Shown piece by piece: positions 32,499 to 41,868 of a DNA stretch of 64,000 bases. The translations under genes and the position numbers were made by a program. The notes under the pieces were generated by a model, which ran no database searches, was not told the origin of the DNA, and worked only from the letters and a program-made list of their open reading frames with translations. Position 1 is the stretch's first letter. The number at the start of each line of letters is the position of its first letter. This DNA is from an uncultured Arcobacteraceae bacterium (lineage in GTDB: Bacteria > Campylobacterota > Campylobacteria > Campylobacterales > Arcobacteraceae): contig CAXHZO010000003.1 in assembly GCA_964022095.1 (NCBI GenBank), positions 96,001 to 160,000 of the forward strand. Direction: 5' to 3'.

Positions 32499-33578
32499 AT
32501 GTTAAAAAAATTAATTCTACCAATACTTCTTATATCAGTACTAGGTGCAAATGAAAATTATACTAAAGAAAAAATTGAAAAAATGATTGCAAAGATGGTT
32601 GTTTTAGGTTTTAAAGGTGAAAGTATTAATAGTACTGACAAAATATATAATGATATTAATTTAGGTTTAGGTGGTGTTATTCTTTTTGATAAAGATCCCA
32701 CAAATAAGAAGAAGATTAAAAATATCAAAAATCCCCAACAGCTTAAGAACCTAACTTCGCAACTTCAGTCAATTACACAAAGAAAACTTTTAATTGCAAT
32801 TGATCAAGAAGGTGGAATAGTGCAAAGAATGAAAAAGTCAAATGGCTTTGAAAATACTTTAAAAGCAAAAGAAATAGGTACAAAAGGTATTGCTTTTGCA
32901 AAAGAGTCTTACTCCTCTTTAGCAACGATGTTAAGCTTTAATGGAGTAAATCTTAACTTTGCACCAGTTGTTGATTTGGCTGTAAATAAAAACAATACTG
33001 TAATTTATAAACTTGGAAGATCATATGGCAAAAACCCAAGAAAAGTTACTCAATATGCCTCAGTTTTTGTAGATGAGTTAAAAAAACAAGATGTAATTTC
33101 TGTTTTAAAGCACTTTCCAGGTCATGGTTCATCTTTGGCTGATTCACACAAAGGATTTGTTGATATTACAAATACTTGGAATAAAAAAGAGCTGGAGCCA
33201 TATAAAGAGTTTATCAAAAACAAAAATGTAGATATGATTATGACTGCTCATGTTTATAATAAGAATTTAGATTACAGATACCCTGCAACACTTTCTTATA
33301 ATATTAATACAAAGTTATTGAGAAAAGAGTTAGGATTTAAAGGTGTACTTATAACTGATGATCTACAGATGTACGCAATCTCAAAACATTATGATTTAAA
33401 AACGACTTTAAAACTTGCTATTAATTCAGGTGTTAATATGCTTTTATTTGCTAATCAACAAGCAAAAGAAATAAGTTTAGAAAAGATTATAAATACAGTT
33501 TATTCATTAATTTTAAGTGAAGAGATTAATTTAGAAAGAATAATAAGTTCAAATAAAAAAATAGATAAGTTACTTTAA
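32499..33578 (+). CDS. GH3 beta-N-acetylhexosaminidase (NagZ-like, exported)
   Basis: IDQEGG.VQR, APVVD, KHFPGHGS..DSH, ITDDL. Confidence 0.9.
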   Translation: MLKKLILPILLISVLGANENYTKEKIEKMIAKMVVLGFKGESINSTDKIYNDINLGLGGVILFDKDPTNKKKIKNIKNPQQLKNLTSQLQSITQRKLLIAIDQEGGIVQRMKKSNGFENTLKAKEIGTKGIAFAKESYSSLATMLSFNGVNLNFAPVVDLAVNKNNTVIYKLGRSYGKNPRKVTQYASVFVDELKKQDVISVLKHFPGHGSSLADSHKGFVDITNTWNKKELEPYKEFIKNKNVDMIMTAHVYNKNLDYRYPATLSYNINTKLLRKELGFKGVLITDDLQMYAISKHYDLKTTLKLAINSGVNMLLFANQQAKEISLEKIINTVYSLILSEEINLERIISSNKKIDKLL

Positions 33579-33679
33579 ATCTCATAAGACTATATATCTA
33601 TAGATTTTTCTAAAAATACTATGCAATTGCTACTTTAAAAGATTAAAATATACTTAATAATAATTTAAAAGGATTGATT

Positions 33680-33976
33680 ATGAAGAAACTTCTTTTGTCT
33701 TTAGTAGCTGTGTGCAGTATTTCTTTTGCTGCAGATTATGACCCTGTAAAAGGTGAAATGTTATCCCTTTCATGTGCTTCATGTCATGGAACAGATGGTA
33801 AATCAGAAGCAATCACTCCATATATTGCTGGTATGAGTAAAGCTGTTATGTATCAAACTTTGTTAGATTATAAAAATGGTAAAAAAACTGGAACTATGAT
33901 GCAAAAGCATGTTAAAGGTTTTACCGATGCTGAATTAGAACAAGTGTCGTACTATTTTTCTAAGATAAAAAGATAA
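33680..33976 (+). CDS. fccA: Monoheme cytochrome c, FccA-like subunit
   Basis: Signal peptide, CASCHG, GTMM; directly upstream of fccB. Confidence 0.75.
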   Translation: MKKLLLSLVAVCSISFAADYDPVKGEMLSLSCASCHGTDGKSEAITPYIAGMSKAVMYQTLLDYKNGKKTGTMMQKHVKGFTDAELEQVSYYFSKIKR

Positions 33977-33987
33977 AGGAGTCGATT

Positions 33988-35265
33988 ATGTTAAATAGAA
34001 GAAATTTTAATAAATTACTTGTGGGAACTTTTGCTTTATCTCTTACAGCATGTAACTCATTGACATCTGTAGGTTTACCTAAAAATAAAAAAAGAGTTGT
34101 TGTTGTAGGTGGTGGTTTTGGTGGAGCAACTGCTGCTAAATATCTTAAAAAGTTTGACTCAGAAGTTGAAGTAGTGTTAATTGAACAAAACAAAGAATAC
34201 TATACATGTCCTTTTGGAAATACAGTTATTGCTGGAATTAATGATATCGATTATATTAAGCATGATTATAAAACATTAGAAAAAAAATACAATATTAAAG
34301 TTATTCATGAAAGAGTAAAAAAAGTTGATGGAAGTATTAATAGTGTAATTTTAGAAAATGGTCAAGTTATTGCATATGATAGAGCTATTGTTTCTCCTGG
34401 AATTGATTTTAAATATGAAAAGGGTTATGAAAAAGACTCAGAGCTTTATTCTCCTCATGCATACAAAGCAGGTGCACAAACTTCATTGTTAAGAGAACAA
34501 CTTGAAAAAATGAAAGATGGAGGAACATATGTAATGGTACCTCCTGAAAATCCATTTAGATGTCCTCCTGGACCATATGAAAGAATATCTTTAGTTGCCC
34601 ATTATTTAAAAACAAATAAACCTAATTCAAAAATTATCATTTTAGATCAAAAAAATAAATTCTCTAAACAAGGTCTATTTACTGGTGGTTGGGAAGAACT
34701 ATATGGTGATATGATTGAGTGGCGAAGTGCAGAATTTGGTGGAAAAGTTTCAAAAGTTGATCCAAAAAATAGAGTTTTAACAACGGAAGATGGAGAAATT
34801 AAAGCTGATGTTTTAAACTATATTCCTAATCAAAAAGCTGGACAACTTGCATTTGATTCAGGTTTAACAGATGGTGATTGGTGTCCTATTAATACTAAAA
34901 CATTTGAATCTAAATTAGCGAAAAATGTTCATGTTATTGGTGATGCTTCAATTTCAGCATCTATGCCAAAATCTGGTTTTTCTGCAAATTCTCAAGGTAA
35001 AATTGCTGCACTGCAAATTACAAGATTACTAAAAAAACAAGCACCAGTTAATCCTCCAAAATTAGCTAACACTTGTTATAGTTTAGTCTCTCCTTCATAT
35101 GGGATTTCAGTTGCAGCTGTTTATGAAGCATTTGAAGATAAAATTGTAAAAGTTAAAGGTTCAGGTGGATTAAGTCCAACTAATGCAGATGCTAGTTTCA
35201 GACTTCAAGAAGCAGAGTATGCAAAAGGTTGGTATAAAAATCAAATGGCTGACATCTTCTTATAA
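33988..35265 (+). CDS. fccB: Flavocytochrome c sulfide dehydrogenase flavoprotein
   Basis: Tat NRRNF, GGGFGG, RCPPGPYER, MPKSGFSANSQ, NTCYS. Confidence 0.9.
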   Translation: MLNRRNFNKLLVGTFALSLTACNSLTSVGLPKNKKRVVVVGGGFGGATAAKYLKKFDSEVEVVLIEQNKEYYTCPFGNTVIAGINDIDYIKHDYKTLEKKYNIKVIHERVKKVDGSINSVILENGQVIAYDRAIVSPGIDFKYEKGYEKDSELYSPHAYKAGAQTSLLREQLEKMKDGGTYVMVPPENPFRCPPGPYERISLVAHYLKTNKPNSKIIILDQKNKFSKQGLFTGGWEELYGDMIEWRSAEFGGKVSKVDPKNRVLTTEDGEIKADVLNYIPNQKAGQLAFDSGLTDGDWCPINTKTFESKLAKNVHVIGDASISASMPKSGFSANSQGKIAALQITRLLKKQAPVNPPKLANTCYSLVSPSYGISVAAVYEAFEDKIVKVKGSGGLSPTNADASFRLQEAEYAKGWYKNQMADIFL

Positions 35266-35267
35266 AA

Positions 35268-35291
35268 GATTATAGGGACTCCCTATAATCT
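35268..35291 (+). terminator. Hairpin after fccB
   Basis: GATTATAGGGA-C-TCCCTATAATC. Confidence 0.6.
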
Positions 35292-35398
35292 GCTAAATTT
35301 AAATTATTTTTTTTTAAAAACACTAATTTGTTAGACTTGCTATAGTTATTTGATTCTTTTTATGATATTATAAGGTTAGAAAAACATAGGAATTGAAA

Positions 35399-37666
35399 AT
35401 GAAAAAGAAATCTAGCTTTGGGAAAAAACTTTTAGTTAATATTTTAGGAACAGTTTTTGTAGTTGTAGGATTAGCTTCTTTTGCTATCGTAAAATTTTCA
35501 TATGATGCTGCACAAAAAGATGCAGAACACTTTAGAGAAGCATTTGCTGCAAAAAATGCTATGACGATACAATCTGAATTAAATGTAGCCATTTCAGTTG
35601 CTCAGTCATTTGCTTCTAGAGTTCAAGCTGCAGCTGTTAATAATAGCAAAATAAATAAAGATGAGATGATCTCTTTACAAAAGTCTATTTTAAATAATAA
35701 TGATACTATTAATGGTATTTGGTATAGTCCAAAGTATGGAGAAAAACTAACACCAAAAGCTGAAGGTTCTAATGCTGGAGATCTATATGATAATTTAGGA
35801 ATTTTTCATCCATTTATTTCAAAATCAAAAAATGGTTTTGAAATTGTTTCTGGTGCTCCATATGATGAGTCAAAAGGATGGATTAAAGGACCTAAAGATG
35901 CGGGAAAAACTTTTATAACCGCACCTTACTTTTGGGAAATTGCTGGAGTTAATCAATTACTTGTATCTGTTACAGTTCCTATGTATAAAGATGATGAGTT
36001 TATTGGTTCTGTAGGTGTAGATTTTCTTTTAAAAGGTTTATCTAACTTAGCCTCTCGTATTAAGCTATATGAAAATGGATATGGCTTTATTGTTGATAAT
36101 AATGGAATAATAATTGGACATCCTAAAAAAGAACTTCAAAATAAAAAATTACTTGATGTGATAAAAAATGATAAAGATTATGTAGCAATGCTTGAAAAAA
36201 GTAAAAAAGGGGAAAACCATTTTTTCTTTAAAGATTCATCTACTACAGGAGAAATATCTCTTTACTATTCTCAACCATTTAACTTAAAAGATACAGCTAC
36301 GAATTGGACTTTTGTAATTTCTGCACCAAAAGAAGAGTATTTAGCTAATGCTAACTTTATTAGAAATGTTTCTATTATATCTTCAATTCTAAGTTTAATT
36401 GTTATTGCATTGATAATTTTAATTTCTTTAAAACAGTTAAATACTTATTTAGAAAAAATATCTAATGGATTAGAAAGTTTCTTTGAGTTTTTAAATACAA
36501 AAAAATCTGAAACAAAAGAGATTGATATTAATACAACTTGTGAGTTTGGTGTCATGGCACACTCAATAAATGAAAACGTTGATAAAATTAGAATATCTAC
36601 ACAGCAAGATATGGGATTAATTGATGATGTTAAAGATGTAGCTCAAACAATTTCTCAAGGTAAATTTGATAAAAGAGTTAGTAAATCTACTACTACAGAT
36701 TCATTAAATGAATTAAAAGATATTTTAAATCATATGTTAGACCAACTTCAAACACAAGTTGGTAAAGACTTAAATAATATTATTAGTGCTTTAGAGAGTT
36801 ATTCAAATAGAGATTTTACTGTAAAACTTGGTTCAGATTCAGGAAAAGTTGGAACTGAAATAATGCATATGAATGATATGATTACTAAAATGCTTCAAGT
36901 TAGTCAAAACGATGGGCTTTCATTAAAACATAGTGCTAATAATTTATCAAGTAGTGTAAGAACTATCACTAGTAATGCAACTAAACAAGCAGCTTCGTTA
37001 GAAGAAACAGCTGCTTCTATTGATGAGATTACAAGTAATATTGAACAAACAAATATTAAAGCTCAACAAATGAGTTCAATATCAAATGAGACTAGAAATT
37101 CATCAGAAAAAGGTAAACAACTAGCAAGTGATACAGCAAGCTCTATGGATGATATTAATAACACAGTATTAGATATAAATGAAGCTATTACTATGATTGA
37201 TCAAATTGCTTTCCAAACAAATATCTTATCACTAAATGCAGCTGTTGAAGCAGCAACTGCAGGTGAAGCTGGAAAAGGTTTTGCTGTTGTTGCACAAGAA
37301 GTTAGAAATTTAGCAGCAAGAAGTGCAGAAGTTGCAAAAGATATCAAAGATTTAGTTGAGACTGCAACTCAAAAGGCTAATAGTGGTAAAGCTATTAGTG
37401 CAAATATGATTGAAGGCTTTGCAACATTAGAAAGTAAAATTATAGATACAAGTAATTTAATTGATGATGTTGCAACAGCAGCAAATGAACAAAGTTTAGG
37501 AATACAACAAATTTCAAATGCAGTAAGTATGTTAGATAAATTTACTCAAGAAAATGCATCAATAGCAGAAGAAACAAACGATATTGCTATTAAAACTCAA
37601 AAAATATCAGAAGATGTTGTAAATGGTGTAAACCAAAATAACTTTGATGGTAAAAACTTAGGATAA
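35399..37666 (+). CDS. Methyl-accepting chemotaxis protein with dCache sensor
   Basis: Two TMs, Cache region, IAFQTNILSLNAAVEAATAGEAGKGFAVVA. Confidence 0.95.
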   Translation: MKKKSSFGKKLLVNILGTVFVVVGLASFAIVKFSYDAAQKDAEHFREAFAAKNAMTIQSELNVAISVAQSFASRVQAAAVNNSKINKDEMISLQKSILNNNDTINGIWYSPKYGEKLTPKAEGSNAGDLYDNLGIFHPFISKSKNGFEIVSGAPYDESKGWIKGPKDAGKTFITAPYFWEIAGVNQLLVSVTVPMYKDDEFIGSVGVDFLLKGLSNLASRIKLYENGYGFIVDNNGIIIGHPKKELQNKKLLDVIKNDKDYVAMLEKSKKGENHFFFKDSSTTGEISLYYSQPFNLKDTATNWTFVISAPKEEYLANANFIRNVSIISSILSLIVIALIILISLKQLNTYLEKISNGLESFFEFLNTKKSETKEIDINTTCEFGVMAHSINENVDKIRISTQQDMGLIDDVKDVAQTISQGKFDKRVSKSTTTDSLNELKDILNHMLDQLQTQVGKDLNNIISALESYSNRDFTVKLGSDSGKVGTEIMHMNDMITKMLQVSQNDGLSLKHSANNLSSSVRTITSNATKQAASLEETAASIDEITSNIEQTNIKAQQMSSISNETRNSSEKGKQLASDTASSMDDINNTVLDINEAITMIDQIAFQTNILSLNAAVEAATAGEAGKGFAVVAQEVRNLAARSAEVAKDIKDLVETATQKANSGKAISANMIEGFATLESKIIDTSNLIDDVATAANEQSLGIQQISNAVSMLDKFTQENASIAEETNDIAIKTQKISEDVVNGVNQNNFDGKNLG

Positions 37667-37711
37667 ACCTTTCCTAAGTTTTATGATTAGAAAAAAGAAA
37701 AAAGGTTAGAT

Positions 37712-40072
37712 ATGAAAGAGAAATTTTTAAAAAAGATACTATCCACTCATTTTATAAAGTTCTCATTAATTCCTATATTAGTAGTTGAGATTACACTTAT
37801 AATTTTATACTTTTCTATTAATAAATATATTGCTTCGAAAAATACTGATTTAATGCTTCAAGAAGCAAAAAATAGTAGTCAAAGTATCCTTAAAAATGAA
37901 GCTGACAAAATTAGCGAAAAATTAAAACAAATATCTGAATATGCAACAATTTTGCAAAAAGAACATGAGTTGGTTTTTGCAAATAGTCAAAATACTTTTT
38001 TACCAAATGGAAAGCCAAGTTTTGATGTAGCACCTAATGGTGTTTTTTATAAAACAAATGAAATTGGCTCAAGTTTATATTATTCTTCAAATACAAAAAT
38101 GACTCAAAAAGAGAAAGATAAAGCAATCTTTACAGAATCAATGGATACAAATTTAAAAAGTATAGTTGATACGAATCCTTTAATTATGGCATCATATTTT
38201 AATAGTTGGGATGATATGAATAGACTTTATCCTTTTATTCCAAAAGTTTATGAGCAGTACGGTCCACATATAAATATGGAAGATTATAATTTTTATTATT
38301 TAGCAGATAAAAAGCATAATCCTGAAAAGAAACCAGCTTGGACTAGTGCATATTTAGATCCTGCAGGAAATGGTTGGATGTTATCTTGTGTGGTACCTAT
38401 TTATAATAATGACTTTTTAGAAGGTGTAACAGGACTTGATATTACAATAGATTCTTTTGTGAAAAATATTTTAGATGCAAAACTTCCTTATGATGCAAGT
38501 CTTTTTCTGGTTGATCAAGAAGGTATGATTATAGCAATGCCTGAAAAAATTGAAAAGCTTCTTGGCTTAAATGAGTTAAAAGAACACCTTTACACAGATG
38601 TATTATTAAAAACAATAGAAAAACCAGAAGAGTATAATATTTTTAAAAATAAATCTCCATTTGCTTCTCACTTTAAAGGTTTAAGTGAAGATAAAGCTCA
38701 AGAGTTAATAATTGATAATACTAAATATTTAACTTTAATGGAAAATGTTGAAGAAACAAATTGGAAAATGATGATATTAGTAGATCAGGATAAATTGTTT
38801 AGTTCAATTGAAGAATTAAAAAGTTTGACTGATAAAATTGGATATCTAGCAATTGGATTACTATTTATATTTTATGTTGTTTTCTTCTATTTTTTACTTA
38901 AAAGAATAAACTTGTTTTCTGATGAAATAACAAAACCAATTGAAGACTTATCTGAACAAACTACACTTTTAACAAAAAGTGAAATTGACTTTGAACCTAT
39001 AAAAAGTGATGTAAAAGAAATTTCACAATTAAGTAGTAATTTTGATTATATGATTAAAGAGTTAACACAAAAAGCTCAAAGTTTAGATAATGCTAGACTT
39101 GCAGCTGAAAGTGCAAATAAATCAAAAGATGAATTTTTGGCAAATATTAGTCATGAACTAAAAACACCATTAAACTCAATAAATGTAATTAGTCAAATTA
39201 TGTGTGGAAATAAAAAAGAAAATTTAAATTTACAAGATATTAAAAACTTAACTATTATCAACAAGTGTGGTAAAGATTTACTAACTTTAATTAATGATAT
39301 TTTAGATTATTCAAAGTTAAATGCAGGGAAACTGCAATTAGATATCCAAGAAGTCAATTTAAAACAGTTAGTTGAAAATATATCTAATAGTTTTGAAAGT
39401 CAATTTAAAGCGAAGAATATCAACTTTGAAGTAAGTATTGATGAAACTTTAGATTTTGTTGATACTGATGAAAAAAGAGTTTCTCAAATCATAAATAACC
39501 TTTTAAGTAATGCTAGTAAATTTACACCTGAAAATAAAACTGTATATTTTAGTATTTTAGATGAAAATGAGTATTTTAAAATTAAAGTTGAAGATCAAGG
39601 AATTGGAATTCCATCGAATAAATTAAAAACTATTTTTGATAGATTTAGTCAAGTTGATGCAACAACAACAAGAAAATTTGGTGGTACAGGATTAGGTTTA
39701 ACTATTTGTAGTGAGCTATCTACTTTATTTGGTGGACAAATAAAAGTAAAAAGTCAAGAGGACAAAGGCTCTATTTTTGAAGTTATATTACCTAAAACAA
39801 TCGGTTCAATAAAAGAAGATATTAAGAATGAAGAAACTCTTATTTTCTTAAATACTAATCCTCTTTCTTTTATTCAACAAGTTGTAGAATTAAAGAAAAC
39901 TTATCATTTAAAACAGGTATTTAAGAAAAAAGAGTTAATTGATTCTTTACAGCAAAATGCATATGATAAAGTCTTAGTAGATAAAGAACATTTATCTACT
40001 GAAGAACTTGAAGAGTTAAATAGACTTATTCCAGATAAATTAGTTTATATACAAAATCTTTTTAGTAAATAA
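37712..40072 (+). CDS. Cache-HAMP sensor histidine kinase with degenerate C-terminal receiver-like tail
   Basis: ANISHELKTP, NLLSNASKFT, DQGIGI, GGTGLGL. Confidence 0.92.
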   Translation: MKEKFLKKILSTHFIKFSLIPILVVEITLIILYFSINKYIASKNTDLMLQEAKNSSQSILKNEADKISEKLKQISEYATILQKEHELVFANSQNTFLPNGKPSFDVAPNGVFYKTNEIGSSLYYSSNTKMTQKEKDKAIFTESMDTNLKSIVDTNPLIMASYFNSWDDMNRLYPFIPKVYEQYGPHINMEDYNFYYLADKKHNPEKKPAWTSAYLDPAGNGWMLSCVVPIYNNDFLEGVTGLDITIDSFVKNILDAKLPYDASLFLVDQEGMIIAMPEKIEKLLGLNELKEHLYTDVLLKTIEKPEEYNIFKNKSPFASHFKGLSEDKAQELIIDNTKYLTLMENVEETNWKMMILVDQDKLFSSIEELKSLTDKIGYLAIGLLFIFYVVFFYFLLKRINLFSDEITKPIEDLSEQTTLLTKSEIDFEPIKSDVKEISQLSSNFDYMIKELTQKAQSLDNARLAAESANKSKDEFLANISHELKTPLNSINVISQIMCGNKKENLNLQDIKNLTIINKCGKDLLTLINDILDYSKLNAGKLQLDIQEVNLKQLVENISNSFESQFKAKNINFEVSIDETLDFVDTDEKRVSQIINNLLSNASKFTPENKTVYFSILDENEYFKIKVEDQGIGIPSNKLKTIFDRFSQVDATTTRKFGGTGLGLTICSELSTLFGGQIKVKSQEDKGSIFEVILPKTIGSIKEDIKNEETLIFLNTNPLSFIQQVVELKKTYHLKQVFKKKELIDSLQQNAYDKVLVDKEHLSTEELEELNRLIPDKLVYIQNLFSK

Positions 40073-40080
40073 TTAAAACT

Positions 40081-40746
40081 TTAGTCAATAGACACTAGTT
40101 TATATCCAACTCCTCTAAGGTTTATTATCATCCCATTTTTAAGCTTCTTTTTTAGTTTATGAACAATACTTCTCATACTAACTGCTTCCATTTCTTTACT
40201 ATCCCATACATATTCATGAATCATTTCATTTGTAACAGTATTATTTATGTTTCTAACAAGTAAAGTTAAAAGATGTTTTTCTTTTAATGTTAATTCTATT
40301 TCATGAGTATGTTTAAAAAGTTTTTCTTCTATTAAATCAAAACTAAACTCATATCCTAAGTTTATTGTTTCTGATGAGCTTTTAGTTGTTAAGTGACTTA
40401 ATAAATATTGTACCTTTAAATATAACTCTTCAAAATCAAATGGCTTTTTTATATGATCATTACAACCTAATGCATAGGACTTTTTAATATTTTCAATATC
40501 AATCTCTGCACTAATCATAATAACAGGAACATCTTTATCATTAGATCTAATGATTTCCAATACTTTATGTCCATCAAAGCCTAAAACATTTATATCAAGT
40601 ATGTATAAATCATATTTGCTATTTAAAACTATATCTATAGCTTTATATCCATCACTATAGCTATCAACAAAAAAACCTTTGTTTGATAGGGAGTTTTTTA
40701 TAACTTTATTTAAAGAAAAATCATCTTCAAGCAAAAATATTTTCAT
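40081..40746 (-). CDS. OmpR-family response regulator
   Basis: LLEDD, ILDINV, ISA, KKPF, C-terminal RGVGY. Confidence 0.93.
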   Translation of the reverse strand: MKIFLLEDDFSLNKVIKNSLSNKGFFVDSYSDGYKAIDIVLNSKYDLYILDINVLGFDGHKVLEIIRSNDKDVPVIMISAEIDIENIKKSYALGCNDHIKKPFDFEELYLKVQYLLSHLTTKSSSETINLGYEFSFDLIEEKLFKHTHEIELTLKEKHLLTLLVRNINNTVTNEMIHEYVWDSKEMEAVSMRSIVHKLKKKLKNGMIINLRGVGYKLVSID

Positions 40747-41792
40747 TAGTTCTCTTTTTTTATTAAGTTTTCTGGGAAGTTGTATTTAAAGGAAGTTCCT
40801 TCTTCATCAGATTTTAGTTCTATTTTTATTTTGTAATTATCACAAATGTCTTTTACAATACTCAATCCCAATCCTAAGCCAACATTAGCTTTTTTTTGTT
40901 GATAGTATGCATTGAAAACTGATTCCACATCTTTTATTCCAATTCCAAAATCTTTTATTTCAATATAATGTTTTTCTAATATTATATCTATAATTGAGTC
41001 TTCTTTTGAGTATTTTATTGCATTTGAAATTGTATTATCAATAACTCTTTCTAAATCATTTTTATCCATTGTTACACTAAACTCTTCATGTATATCAAGT
41101 CCCATATCTATGTTTTTGATATTTGCCATTTCATCAAAGAACATAACCCTTGAAGATAGAAAATTTACTAAATTTATTGTTTGTAAATCTTGGTTTCTTT
41201 GCTCTTTTTTTGTTAGATAGTATAAGTCATTATATATTGATGATAGTGATTTAGATGAAGCTTTTATAGCTTCAAATTGTTCTTTTGGCCCAAGTTGTGA
41301 TTCTAGATTATCGATATTTAGTGAAATAATACTTAGTGGTGTATTCATTTCATGAATGATCTTTTTTAAAAAGAAATCTTGTTGAGTCAGTAGTTTTTCA
41401 ATTGTTTGTTGCTTTTCAAATATTTTTAGTTGAGTTTTTATTCTAGCTTTAATTTCTTCTTTTTCAAAAGGTTTTGTTATATAATCAACTCCACCTACAC
41501 TTAAAGCTTTTACTTTACTTTCAATGTCATCTAAGGCACTAATAAAAATAATAGGGATTTCTTTTAATAATTCATCTTTTTTTAATATATTACATACTTC
41601 AAACCCACTAATCTCAGGCATTTTAATATCAAGCAATATTAGATGAGGAGGATTGAGTTTTGATGATTCTATTGCAAAGTTTGCATCAGTTGTTGCCTTT
41701 ATTAAATAGTTCTCATCTTTTAAAATTTCATTTAGATATTTTAGATTCTCTTTTTTATCATCTATAATTAAGACTGTATATTTTTTATCCAT
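40746..41792 (-). CDS. Receiver-histidine kinase hybrid (cytoplasmic)
   Basis: IIDD, LLDIKMP, TKPF; HEMNTP, NAIKYS, GLGLGL. Confidence 0.92.
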   Translation of the reverse strand: MDKKYTVLIIDDKKENLKYLNEILKDENYLIKATTDANFAIESSKLNPPHLILLDIKMPEISGFEVCNILKKDELLKEIPIIFISALDDIESKVKALSVGGVDYITKPFEKEEIKARIKTQLKIFEKQQTIEKLLTQQDFFLKKIIHEMNTPLSIISLNIDNLESQLGPKEQFEAIKASSKSLSSIYNDLYYLTKKEQRNQDLQTINLVNFLSSRVMFFDEMANIKNIDMGLDIHEEFSVTMDKNDLERVIDNTISNAIKYSKEDSIIDIILEKHYIEIKDFGIGIKDVESVFNAYYQQKKANVGLGLGLSIVKDICDNYKIKIELKSDEEGTSFKYNFPENLIKKEN

Positions 41793-41868
41793 GTGTTTAT
41801 TCTTTTATATTAGCTGGTTTGGTTAAGATTATAGAATAATTGATATAAAAACAAATTTAGGATTTTTA

